A stretch of 64,000 bases of DNA. It comes from Tubiluchus corallicola (taxonomy: Eukaryota; Animalia; Priapulida). Under the pieces are notes generated by a model. That model was not told the origin of the DNA, made no database searches, and saw only the letters and a list, made by a program, of their open reading frames with translations. Where the stretch lies: positions 806,001 to 870,000 of the forward strand of contig JAQGDQ010000034.1 of the NCBI GenBank assembly GCA_030141605.1, given 5' to 3'. The translations under genes were made by a program, and so were the position numbers. Shown piece after piece: positions 48,086 through 59,353 of this stretch (position 1 is its first letter; every line of letters starts with the position of its first letter).

Positions 48086-48297
48086 ATCTTATCTTATCTT
48101 GTCTTGTCTTGTCTTGTCTTGTCTTGTCTTGTCTTGTCTTGTCTTGTCTTGTCTTGTCTTGTCTTGTCTTGTCTTGTCTTGTCTTGTCTTGTCTTGTCTT
48201 GTCTTGTCGTGTCGTGTCGTGTCGTGTCGTGTCGTGTCGTGTCGTGTCGTGCCTTGCCTTGCCTTGCCTTGCCTTGCCTTGCCTTACCTTATCTTAT
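48086..48297. repeat. compound pentanucleotide microsatellite
   Basis: (TCTTA)n(TCTTG)n(TCGTG)n(CCTTG)n(TCTTA)n. Confidence 0.97.
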
Positions 48298-50141
48298 CGT
48301 AGACAGTAACTTATCTTATCATTAAGTTTATCATCACTTATTATTTTAAATTTTAGCGTATTCTAAAATTTGTAATCTATGACAGTGGTATAACAATGAT
48401 GTTCTAAATAACTCATACTGAGGAAAAACGTCGTATCTCTAACAGTTAGCTTATTAGTGCCATTTGAGAGCAGTAAGCAAAGACTAGGTAGAATGTTCGT
48501 GCATTAGCGATGGATTTACTAGCATTTACTATTTCACAAATCTTAACATTGTGCAAAATGTCTTTGTTGTTGCTATTTTTTGTGGCATGGTGTGGGTATG
48601 ATGGTTGATGGTTTTTTATTGTTCTATTATGGTATATGTCTAATATGTATCTAAATGACATATATCCAGGCAGGTTGACACAAAAAACTGGACACGCGAA
48701 TAATCCAATGCTTCGCATTCAGAACTAGTATATGTATATCTAAAGCACATTCATAAGCACGTTGCATTGTTGATAAATTATACGTTCATTTAGAGAAAAT
48801 TCTATGGCACTAAATTGCCCAAAGCTGCAACATGTTTTTTACTTTGCAGAAAGCATAATTAAAAATATAGGTTTGTCAGTGCCTGTCAACATTCTCACGC
48901 AACCTGGTGTCAACAATGTTGGCAATGCAAAACTGGCTATTTAGACTGTCACGAATTTAATTTTATTCTATGGAATGTTCGTGTTTGGCAAGCTATTATT
49001 GGACATTTCTAGATTTGCATTGCTAGCGTATTTTTAGTTATTCTGCCTTTGATTACTACCTTGGAAGAGCTTTTGTTCACAAAGTGTACGCTTTCTTTAT
49101 CTTAGTTTAGTAAACCAACGTCAGAGTATTTTAAATGTGTTTTGTTTTAGTTCCTTATTAAACGAAAACCGGACGATTGCGTAGGCAGTAGTTCAAAATA
49201 AACCATGCTCTAAAATATTCAAAACTGCAACAGCTTTTTTTTTAAAAATCAAAGCTTAGATTAAATATTAATTACCTCGGTTAGTTAAATTTTGCTAAAC
49301 TTTCAAAGGTGTGCGCAGCTCAGCGAATCCATTAAGACTGGTAGTGTGGCCGACAAATAAGCGCGGTACCGTGATAAGCATGATCACGAACTGCAGTGTT
49401 CGTCTGTAACGTAGGTTTGACGTAGAGCCCATTTTAGTGACACCACGTCAGCGTCTTGTAGCAATGTTCGTTTAGCAAACGTGCTTGACTCGCAGGAAGA
49501 TGCCTACCATTGCACAAACTGTGGTTAGTTTGTGGTGTAAGCGATAGCAGTGTTCAGTTGCCGTTAATTAACTTTCCAAGGTAATTATTCAAATATTAGA
49601 AACAATTGCCGACTTTCATAGGCAAGAAAATGTATATTTTAGACCTGTAAATTAAAATGAGATCCGGTAATCGAAATTTGTCATTTTCAAGTGACATCAC
49701 ATAATTGTACTCCATGAGGCAAGTCAGAAGGATTGATTGGAACTAAACTCTTTTTTGACCTCTCCAACAGTAATGTAGGTCCTGTTCTATTACAATGCGA
49801 TTTCCGGTTCAAGCAACCATGATTTTTTTTCTTTTTTTGAAGCCTAAGGTACAGTGCACTTCTAGGCATCTTTTTTGAGGCCTAAATGCCGGCTACAATT
49901 CTGGTGTTGCAGTCCAAACATTGTGCAATTTATAAACCTGTATTAGGCTTGAACAATAGATCTGGTCGTAGTGTCTTGGACAAGTGTTTAGGCAACTTTG
50001 CTAGCCAGACTCAGTAATAGGCTGGAATATATTGTACCAAATAGTTCTGTCTGTCAAGAATAGTTCTCTCTGTTAAGTAGAATGTTTGAAAAGGTCCACC
50101 ATCCAAGTTCTTTCAGAGTCTTGTACCCACCGTTCCGTAAA

Positions 50142-50238
50142 TCTTTCAGGTTATAAAGCCTGTATCTTTCATGTTATAAAGCCTGTATCTTTCAGGTTAT
50201 AAAGTCTGTATCTTTCAGGTTATAAAGCCTGTATCTTT
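50142..50238. repeat. 23-bp tandem repeat x4
   Basis: TCTTTCAGGTTATAAAGCCTGTA units. Confidence 0.93.
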
Positions 50239-50516
50239 GACCTCCCAAAAGACTGAAATTCACGTGTAACAGAAATATTGACTTAATTCAACACTTGAAG
50301 CTTGTCTAGACGTTTGTGAGTTGGTGTCTTTGAAATGTAAATTTTTAACTGACGTATTGCTGAAAGTTCCACAAAGCGCTGCGGCGGTTGTATAAACGCG
50401 TTGTCAGTTTTTTTACACAGCATGTTTTTTTACTTTAGGAAAAGGAAAAGAAAAGGAAATTTTAATGTATATCCCAAAAAAACTTTCCATTCAAAGTTAT
50501 ATAACATAGCGTTACA

Positions 50517-50812
50517 CTTACCTGTTTTCAAGACTTACGTCATTGGAAAAGAAAATTCTTAATATAATAATTTAACATGTTTGCCTTCAATGATTCCTTC
50601 ACCATGTTGATCACGTGTTGTGCCACTTGGTAAAACGGCAGTGCATTGCCATCCCAGTATGCCCCACTGAATCACCAAAAAGCACATTATGGATGTCACT
50701 GAGAATAAAAGTAATTTAATCTTTTGCTTAGTTGGCGCAGAGTGTGCTACGAATGCTCTGGTTATTTTTTCAAATTTCACGCAATGTTATCTAAATTTGT
50801 TTCAGACGGCTT
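50517..50812 (+). repeat. ~290-bp dispersed repeat, copy 1
   Basis: Homologous to 53307-53577; short piece CAATGATTCCTTCACCATGTTGAT recurs at 51961. Confidence 0.8.
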
Positions 50813-50920
50813 CCGTTCTGCAATGGCTACTTGAAAATGATAATTTGAATATATTTAGTTGATTTCGTAAGCGTAACAACATACAGCGTTTTTTTACTTA
50901 TTAATGGCACATAATGCCGA

Positions 50921-50926
<6 letters not shown>

Positions 50927-51019
<93 letters not shown>

Positions 51020-51027
51020 TGTGTGTG
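50927..51027. repeat. (TG)n(TGCG)n microsatellite
   Basis: Directly visible. Confidence 0.97.
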
Positions 51028-52924
51028 ATGTTTGCTAACCATTTTCTAAACCTATAGATTCTTTTCGTGATCTATTTTTTTGGATTCTATAACTCTGGAA
51101 CGATATACCTTTAATCTTCGATGTTAAATTTCAATTTTTATGGCAATTATTTCAAAATGTCTAGTTTTGAAGGATGCTAAGAACTTATATGATTAACTTG
51201 TAATTACTAATTTATTATGTTTTTATAGGAAAGAAATAAGTTAGGCGCAAGCGACAGTTCTTTGCTTTGTGGCGTTTCAGTTTTTGATTTACTTAGTAAA
51301 GCATTTCTGTAAGAAATTCAATAGTAATTGCCCACCCATTAATTTAGAAATTAAATAGCCTCGCCACCCGCTGATTAATTACCCTCATACTTTACGATTT
51401 TGCTCAAATGATTCCATTTTTCGTGCACGGCTGAACATTCGCACATTGAAATGTTTCCTTTTAACATTCATGATTTTGACATTTATGGGCTTGATGCACG
51501 TATTTTATTGACCTGCAACAAAATTATAATGATATTAAATAACAGATTTATATCAAAACTTGTAATGTGATATGATTTAAATATTTTATGTCCGGTTTAA
51601 TGCCATTTGTATGCTGCCCATGTATCTATACTGATTTGTTTATTTGTTTACTTACTACTCGCTTAGTTACCTACATATATATATATACACAACATTTACT
51701 TACAATCTAATTTATAAACTTGTATCTCTGATTAGTTTAATCAACTGGACATTTTAATTATTTTGAATCAAGTAGTTTGGGGCATTTTAATTATTTTGAA
51801 TTAATTAGTTTGAAATTGAATGATCCTTCGTTTAGCAACAACGATTTTAGTATGAATCTAATAAGTGTTGAAATAATAATGTATTAATTACCTAATTCCA
51901 TTGTTATGCATTACAGGTCGAGGTTAGTCATTCATATTGTTGATACTGTGTAGTGGTTTTCAATGATTCCTTCACCATGTTGATAACGTGTTGATTTATT
52001 ACTTCCAGTTAAACAGGGTGTAACAGAAGTCACTATATACATTTTACGTTATCTATATTTTTTAACAAGCAAAGTAAATTATTTGAAAATTGATAGAGAT
52101 GAGCTAAAACCGTGGATAATTCTTTTAGTGAAATTAGATGAAAATCTAGAAAGCACCACTGCACTAGCAGCAGACCAACCCAGTGTCAAATCAGGTTGCT
52201 TACATTGAAAAAGTCTCATAGCCTCCATTGAGGAAGGGCTGCACTTTGTTGAAAAAAAATTACATTGTTAATAACGCCCAGAAGGTGCTATGAATTCTGT
52301 GGAAGTTCATTTGGTGATAGAAAACCTCATGCCAAGTTAATTTTGCACCTCAGGTCTAACGTTACAGCCGTCGCCATAGCAACGGGTTTCCAGTCAAGAA
52401 ATAAGAAAAAACAATAGCCAAAGGTTCCTTTTGATTCATGTAAGAGTTTGTTGAGATTGGAGAAAAATTTAAGAAAAATTAGAATCAAAAGTGTATAGTG
52501 AATCATGAAACTTCCTATATAGAAAAGCAGTTATAATTTTGTCAAGAGAGTGTACAGACCTTGGTTGACTACGATTGTTTTTGAAATTCACTTCCTCTCT
52601 CTCTCTCTCTGTACTCTAAATGACGTGATTATTTATTGCCTTGAAATGTTCCTCTCATCTGCGCCTCGTATCCATGCCACACTGCACCACGTTGCGTACA
52701 TCATGGTTATTAATCTCAATTTGTTTGACTGAAGCTGAATTTTTGGAATAATAATACTGTACTGCTATTTGTCCAGCGCTGGGAGGGAAAGGAAGGGTGA
52801 TTTTAAAGTTGCCCCAAAAAACTTTCAGTCCCAAATTATTTTTTTAATAAGAAAAAAAATTTTGGCTTGGTGCTTTTGTTCAGTATGTCCATCTTGTTTA
52901 CACATAATAATTATTTTTGTTCTA

Positions 52925-53282
52925 CCTGTGCCCGCGTGCTAAATATAGCCTGTATCCCACGGGATACATTGAGATTCAATGGAAGCATAAAATGTCCTTT
53001 TTGCAACTGCTGATAATTTTTTAAAGTATTTACGACATTTAGTAAGCATGCTATGCTGATCTGTACAAAGTCGTCTCTAAAGTACTGTACCTTGCGCAGT
53101 TTTTTGTGCTATGTAGATTTTCTAGTTTGTCTTTTATCACCATTTTTAGTCTATTGTCATTGGCTTAAATCAAAATAACTATTAACAGATCAAATAACTG
53201 TGTCAGTAGTAAAATTTTATTAATTTTAAAGGCAGAAAATATTCTCGTATCCCATTGGATACAACGGGTATGAAAGGGTTAA
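52925..53282. mobile_element. decayed piggyBac-like MITE
   Basis: Right end AAGGGTTAA; matching subterminal palindromes TGTATCCCACGGGATACA and GTATCCCATTGGATAC; left end eroded. Confidence 0.45.
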
Positions 53283-53306
53283 AAAGTTATGTGACTTGGT
53301 ATTGAG

Positions 53307-53577
53307 CTTACCTGTTTGAAAGACTTCATGTACAGTAATTGGAAAACAAGATTCTTAATAACTGAAAATATTCGCTCCACCAGGTAAAACAGCACTGCAT
53401 CGCCATCCCAATGTGCACCACTGATTCACCAAAAAAACACGTTATTGATCTTAGTGACAATATAAAGTAATTTAAACTTTTGCTTAGTTAGTGAAGAGTG
53501 CGCTATGAGCCTATGAATGTTCTGATTATTTTCTCCAACTTTTGGGCAATGCTATCTAAACTTGTTTCAAACGACTT
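53307..53577 (+). repeat. dispersed repeat, copy 2
   Basis: CTTACCTGTTTGAAAGACTT...GGTAAAACAGCACTGCATCGCCATCCCA...TATCTAAACTTGTTTCAAACGACTT parallels 50517-50812. Confidence 0.8.
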
Positions 53578-53782
53578 ATGTTAAAATGTCTAACGGTCAC
53601 CGTAGGAGTTTAGGTTCACCAGTTTTGTACAGTGTTACTGCAAACGCAAGTTCTGTATGCAATATGACACTATGTAAGTGATGTAAAATTTCAAGACATC
53701 AAGAATTTTGAAAGTTTTACTTGTGTATTCTTCGCTTTAAATTACGGCTGTTTATTAACTTGTATCAGCATTTCCTTCACTT

Positions 53783-54346
53783 TACAGGGTGTTCCAAAAG
53801 GTGCGCCAACTAATAACTTAAGCGTACCAATATTACATCATGCAAAACTTAATAAGTATGATCACATTTAACCGTGCACACTTCCAGCAAATATTATAGT
53901 GTGATCTCTTACAATATGACAATTACTCAACCACATTTCTGGATTTGATAAGCACATTTCATCGTATTTCTACACTGTTTCTTTTTGAACACCCTGTCTA
54001 GCAATTATTGTAGTGTAATCTCTTAGTATAACCTTATACTCAACACATTTATTTGTTATTTGACCAGCGTATCTCAGCATTTCTACTGTGCTGTTTCTTA
54101 TGGAACACCCTGTCTAACAAATATTGCAGTATTGTCTTTTACCGTATGACTTTATACTTAAGAGCATTTCTTTAGTATTTGATCAGTATAGTTTAGGATT
54201 TCTGTTGCGCTGTTTCTTTTGGAACACCCTGTCTAGCAATTATTGCAGTGTAATCTCTTACTATGTGACCTTAGACACGATTCTTTATTATTTGATCAGC
54301 ATATTTGAGCATGTTTACAGCACTGATTCTTTTGGAACACCTAGTA
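53783..54346. mobile_element. Tc1/mariner-like MITE with tandemly amplified right end
   Basis: Left TA-CAGGGTGTTCCAAAAG; the complementary TTT(G)GAACACCCTG end recurs four times at ~112-119 bp spacing. Confidence 0.75.
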
Positions 54347-55355
54347 CATTTGCCTTCTGTTCTGACACTAAAGAACCATTTCCTCTTCTAAATTCTGCTG
54401 CAGATTTGTTTCCTGAGTGAAAGTGTTTGGTTCATAACTACCCCACTCCAGTCGTTTAGTGAATTAGCTAAACGTTCGACAGCTTGTTTCATGTTCAAAT
54501 AAATCAGTGGAAACCCGAGTCTGGGATGTCTGTTGTTTATGCTTGTATGTTTGGCACGATATCCCACAGTGCTGATGGAAACGCAGCAAGACCTCGGCAG
54601 AGTTTTAACCCAATCTTTTGACCTTGTCTTACATTTTTCTAGGTCACAGTGAACGTATTAGCAATTAGTGCTAGGTACTGTTACACTGATGGTATTGAGG
54701 GGAAATTGTAAACCAAGTTTTATTTTTATTTTTGCTGTAATTTTTTCAAGTATTCAGAGAAAATCCTTACAGTTTTACGTTCAATTTCTTTTTATGCCTA
54801 GACCCCTTATGCTATACCTGGTAGATTAGTCAACGTTTGCCACTTACTGCTTATAGTCTAATGTGCATTTATTAGTTTTCTTTGTTTATTTTGTCTCGGT
54901 CCTTCCAAATTTCCGACCTTTCATCAGATTTTTTTCTTTCCTCTATTCGTTTCATTTTCATTTTCGTTCATTTTGGTTGTTGCTTCGATCATTTGTCTTC
55001 CATTTGCTACTCTTTCAGTTTAGTTATCTGTATTGCGGGTTTGTCTTCCGCAAGACCAGCTTCATGATAATAGTCGTTGTCGCCATCGTAATCATTACCT
55101 TTATCAACATCAACGTCAAGGTCAATGTTATTAGTTATCAGACAGGTATCCTCCGCATGTATTTTGTGAACGTAATCGATAGATAACCTTGAATTATTTG
55201 TCTGGTCACTTCATGGCCAGTCTAGGAATGTCACATTACATTACTTTTTGTTTGCTTAGCTCCATAACCATTGGGAATAAATCCATATGGTGACTGGTCA
55301 GTCTGGTCCTAGTTTTTGGGATTCACAATGTTTTTCTCGTTTAAAATACCACTTG

Positions 55356-55660
55356 CATGGCCGGTATTATGACCTTTTGGGACCCAAAGCTAATGAAATT
55401 ATGGGACCTTCTCCACGGAGCCACCCAGAGCCGCACACACCCGTCTTGAATATTTTTACTCGTAATTTTCATAGCTTGAAGTAAACTTATTGCAAGTTTT
55501 TTAAAAGTGAACTAGAACAGCTATCTTTTGTTTGTCAATAAAAATGTTCTTATAGTGAAACTGTTGTGAAAAAGCAGATTTTTTTAACGAAATGTTACCG
55601 CAGCTTGAGGGGCCATGGACTACAGCCTATACTAGCCTAGTAAAGGATAATCCTGCTCTG
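55356..55660. mobile_element. hAT-like MITE
   Basis: CATGGCCGGTATTAT / ATAATCCTGCTCTG decayed TIRs; flanks ACCACTTG and ACCACATG (7/8) indicate an 8-bp TSD. Confidence 0.7.
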
Positions 55661-57111
55661 ACCACATGGCAATGGTCATGCTCAGCTAAACTGTAAAATA
55701 TTCGTTCCTAATAATCGGTAGGTAATCAAAAACTAAAAAGTTAAAAAGCCGGCTTCCCAATATTTATGTCCTTACATCAATATTACTATCTCAGAAACTT
55801 GGGACGATTCTGGCAAAGTACAGATTGTAAATTTCTTTAACGTGACAAAACATAGATGAAAGTTTTAGACGCTATCCAGAACTTAATTTTATGAATTTTT
55901 TATCATTGCTGGCAACACACCTTTGAATGCTTAGCATGCGCTGACATGCCGATCTCCTGCGAACTTTTGTACGAGAGGTTGTGTGGCAAAATATTCCAAA
56001 ATATTATCAGTCGACCAAATGTACTCGTTGAGGAACGATGCCACCGTTCTTTGAACTATTGCTCACATTTGAGGTAATCAAAATACTATATAAGCGTTTG
56101 TACATAACCCCAGGCAACAGAGCGTTTGTGACTGAGGATTCTGAGCGTATTTTCTCTAATACTTTTGCTCTAGTAAGCGTGCGAAACTTTAACTCTCAAC
56201 GATTAACTGCAGTCGGTTGAATTACTATGGTAAACTCGGCGCGTGTTTTGCAAACTTGGATGTAATGTGAGTTCTGGTTTTGAGCTTTAGTTGAGCTCTA
56301 GCTTGTCCTGTTGGGTTTAGCGTCGACTGTCGGACATTGCGCAGAAGTCCGTCCCGCCTAGTCCGATAATCCGCTATTTCCCAATCTGTCGGGGGGCTGG
56401 CTGCGCCAAGTTTCAAATTCAGTGCCAAAGAAATATAGGTGTTGCAGTTTATTTTTGGAAAATATTAGTTTCAGTCTGCATTATTTAAAGGAAAGGGCAC
56501 ACCTTCTAGGAAGTTAGGCTTATTTCAATGTTCGCGGAAAATGTTAGAAGAATTTAATCATAAAAGTGTGAGGAGCACATCGTGTAATTAGTAAAATCAC
56601 TTTAAAATTGTGATCATTTCATGCTTGGGCGCTCTCCTTTTGAACACCCATTCTTCCACCAGTGACGTCGGTTTATCGACTGAAGAAAAGTAGCGCACGG
56701 TCAATATCCGTCAAAAGTATAATAAGTTTTTTCAAAAAATTAGATAACTATTATTATTTTTACATGAACATTAGGTAAGTTGCAGAATTTGAATTAGTTT
56801 AAGCATCTTCCGCTTCGTCCACCAATTACGTCACAATTTTTAAGTGAATGGCGGCTATTGAAAATTTTTAGCAGCGGTAGTAGTATAAATTAACTTTATG
56901 TTTTATAAAAAAGTTTTTGCAAATTTCTTTGTTATATTTTCCTAAATTTAAGTGATAACTAGATTGCTGGCATGTTAAATACCTCATCATACATTTAGTA
57001 TATGTTTACTGTTTATTTAATTTAATGTAAATAAAGATTATTCTATCCATCTGTCTATGTAAGCGAATAAATGGAAATTAATGACCATAAAGAAATTTGC
57101 AAAAGACGAAG

Positions 57112-57287
57112 CATAGACATAGACATAGACATAGGCATAGAGACAGACATAGACATGCACATAGACATAGACGTAGACATAGAGATAGACATAGACATAG
57201 ACATGCACATACTTACATGTATTGACATAGACATAGACATAGGCATAGAGATACACATACACATACACATACTCCTATACATAGACA
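57112..57287. repeat. (ATAGAC)n hexanucleotide microsatellite
   Basis: Directly visible, with variant units. Confidence 0.95.
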
Positions 57288-58006
57288 ATTTATTATTATT
57301 CTTTCAAGCAGGTAAGCCAAACAAATCAAAAATTGCAAACGGGGAAGACGGAGAGCTCTCTCATATTTTAATAATACGCTAGTGTGTTTCTAGCTACGGG
57401 AAATAAAGGTAAAAAGGGTAAAAAACTTTTTAATCACATAAGTCCTCGCTGTGAAAACGAGACGTTCTTCTTTGATGACAAGAATCATTGCTATTCAAGC
57501 CTTGAGCTGGAATGGAATCTTGCAGCGAGTCCATATATTCAAGACTTCCGTTGCGACCCTTGTAACTTTGCACGCCGGTTTATTTGAAAGCTCTGCCCAG
57601 GAATGCAAACAACTTCCAAACTACTCTATCCAAGAGGCAATACTTAAACCTTGTCAGCTTTATTTTCACAAACACGCTTGTTTTTACTGTCGCTTGGGCT
57701 ACCCGTTCCGGAAGGCTGCACATTGTGTGGTATCCTCCTCCAGTAGGGAAGCCAGTTCTTTGCCGGCTACTCCCCTCGGCGGGAGCTCTACACCGCCTTG
57801 TCTGACGGGTTGGTTCGTAACAGATTCTCTCTTAGAGAGCAAGCGACGGTGGCTATGTGTGTGGCTGTGCATTCACGGTGCGTGCGTGCGTGAATGCGTG
57901 AGGAGTACTAAGTCGTTTAGAAAACTGAAAACAAAATCACTGTGATTTATTCAGTGATTTTCGCTTGTGCCAAGTGCTATGAGCAGCTAGTCTGAAAAAT
58001 CAGATC

Positions 58007-58079
58007 ATTCCTGTGGTGTAGTGGTTAGCATAGCTGCCCGAAAGGCAGAAGGTTCGAGTCCCAGTGGGGTGTATTTTTT
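58007..58079 (+). pseudogene. tRNA-like sequence (pseudo-tRNA or SINE head)
   Basis: A-box TGGTGTAGTGG, stem CTGCC-CGAAA-GGCAG, B-box GGTTCGAGTCC, TTTTTT terminator; variable loop and most of the 5' T-stem missing. Confidence 0.7.
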
Positions 58080-58224
58080 CAGACTTACTACTTTAGTTTT
58101 GTTTTCGAGTGTTTATGTGATTTGAAGTTTATGTTGTGCTCTAAAAACTCTTAAGATTTTATGCGCACATTTATCAGGTAAGATCTTCTCAACTTCACAG
58201 CAAATTGATTGCTAAACGCTATTA

Positions 58225-58360
58225 TTAAAGGTACACTGGCTTCAGCAGGTGCAATGCTAGATTTAGTAGATGGCGACACCATCCCTAAACAGTATTTGCG
58301 GTATTAGGTTATGCGTTTTTATCAGAAAGGCTGGTATTTCTTAAATACTTGTCTCTTTAA
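58225..58360. mobile_element. possible small TTAA-flanked (Kolobok-like) MITE
   Basis: TTAAAGGTACA ... TGTCTCTTTAA inverted ends. Confidence 0.3.
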
Positions 58361-59182
58361 CGATGAATTTTCCCTGATTGTACACGCTTGCAGTTAAAAT
58401 AATTCTTTTGGGCAGTTTTGCTGCATAGAATTTAATTAACAACAAAAAAGTTATTGTGGTGTATGAGACATTTAGATGTGGGGAGGACGCAGGGGGTCGC
58501 TGAGTAATCAAGTTTTGTTTAGCAGCCAAAGTTAAATATTGTCAAGTCTGATCAGTAAAAGATGGATAACAGCCAAGAAAACTACTTCTGTAACTTAACA
58601 AAAAAATTGTCAATAGTTGTATATGACCTATTATACCTATAAGTGTAGCATATTTGTCTGAATAAGCCCATGTGTACTTGACTTGAATGTAAACATATAA
58701 GTGGTGTTAGTGAATTTTTGCTATTTTTCATGGTGTACTCATGCGAGTTATGATTTTTATTCTGTTTATGTTGCATTGCATACTTTGTATTGTATTGTAC
58801 TGGAATCTGTTTTGTTGGATTCAGTCTAGTGAACACATGACTTGTTTGTTGTCCCGTTCTTTGCATTTAGTGAAAGATTTTTTATTTTGTTTTTCACTAG
58901 GCATGGTTTTGACCATTGATCGGTTTTGGTGGTCTTTGCTTATAATTTTCGTGTTTGTCAATGTAACTATTCGGTACCATCTTGTTTATGTGGACACCAT
59001 CCATTCACTATTCTGTTCATTGCATTTAAACACTGACAAATTTTTTGTTTCATTTTAGCAGGATGGTGTTGATCATTGATTGGTTTTGATGGCCTTTGCT
59101 TATGCATGTCAATGTGACCATCCATTTGTAAGAACATGAGACAACCTTCCATGGTTTTAGTGGAAAACAAAAGCTCGAAAAA

Positions 59183-59353
59183 ATGTCCAAACTTATGAGG
59201 AGGTGCCCCTGCTTTCCTGCGAGAGAGGAAGATGTTTCCGTGTTGGATTTCCGGCACTGTAGCCTGCAGTATGTGCCCGATGAGGTGTTCACCCATGAAA
59301 GGACCCTAGAGGAGTTATACCTGGACTCTAATCAAATAAAAGACCTGCCAAGG
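59183..59353 (+). CDS. ERBIN: LAP first coding exon
   Basis: [57 protein letters not shown]; AGG|GTGAGT donor. Confidence 0.93.

Noticed and set aside
48062-48325. Cys-rich SCLVL repeat ORFs
   Set aside because: Open in all three frames because of the pentamer microsatellite
57038-57382. DI/MS/YV dipeptide ORFs
   Set aside because: Translations of the (ATAGAC)n repeat
57451-57945. 164-aa plus-strand ORF
   Set aside because: Non-ATG start, no recognisable domain, no convincing splice sites; lies in a GC-rich repeat-like block
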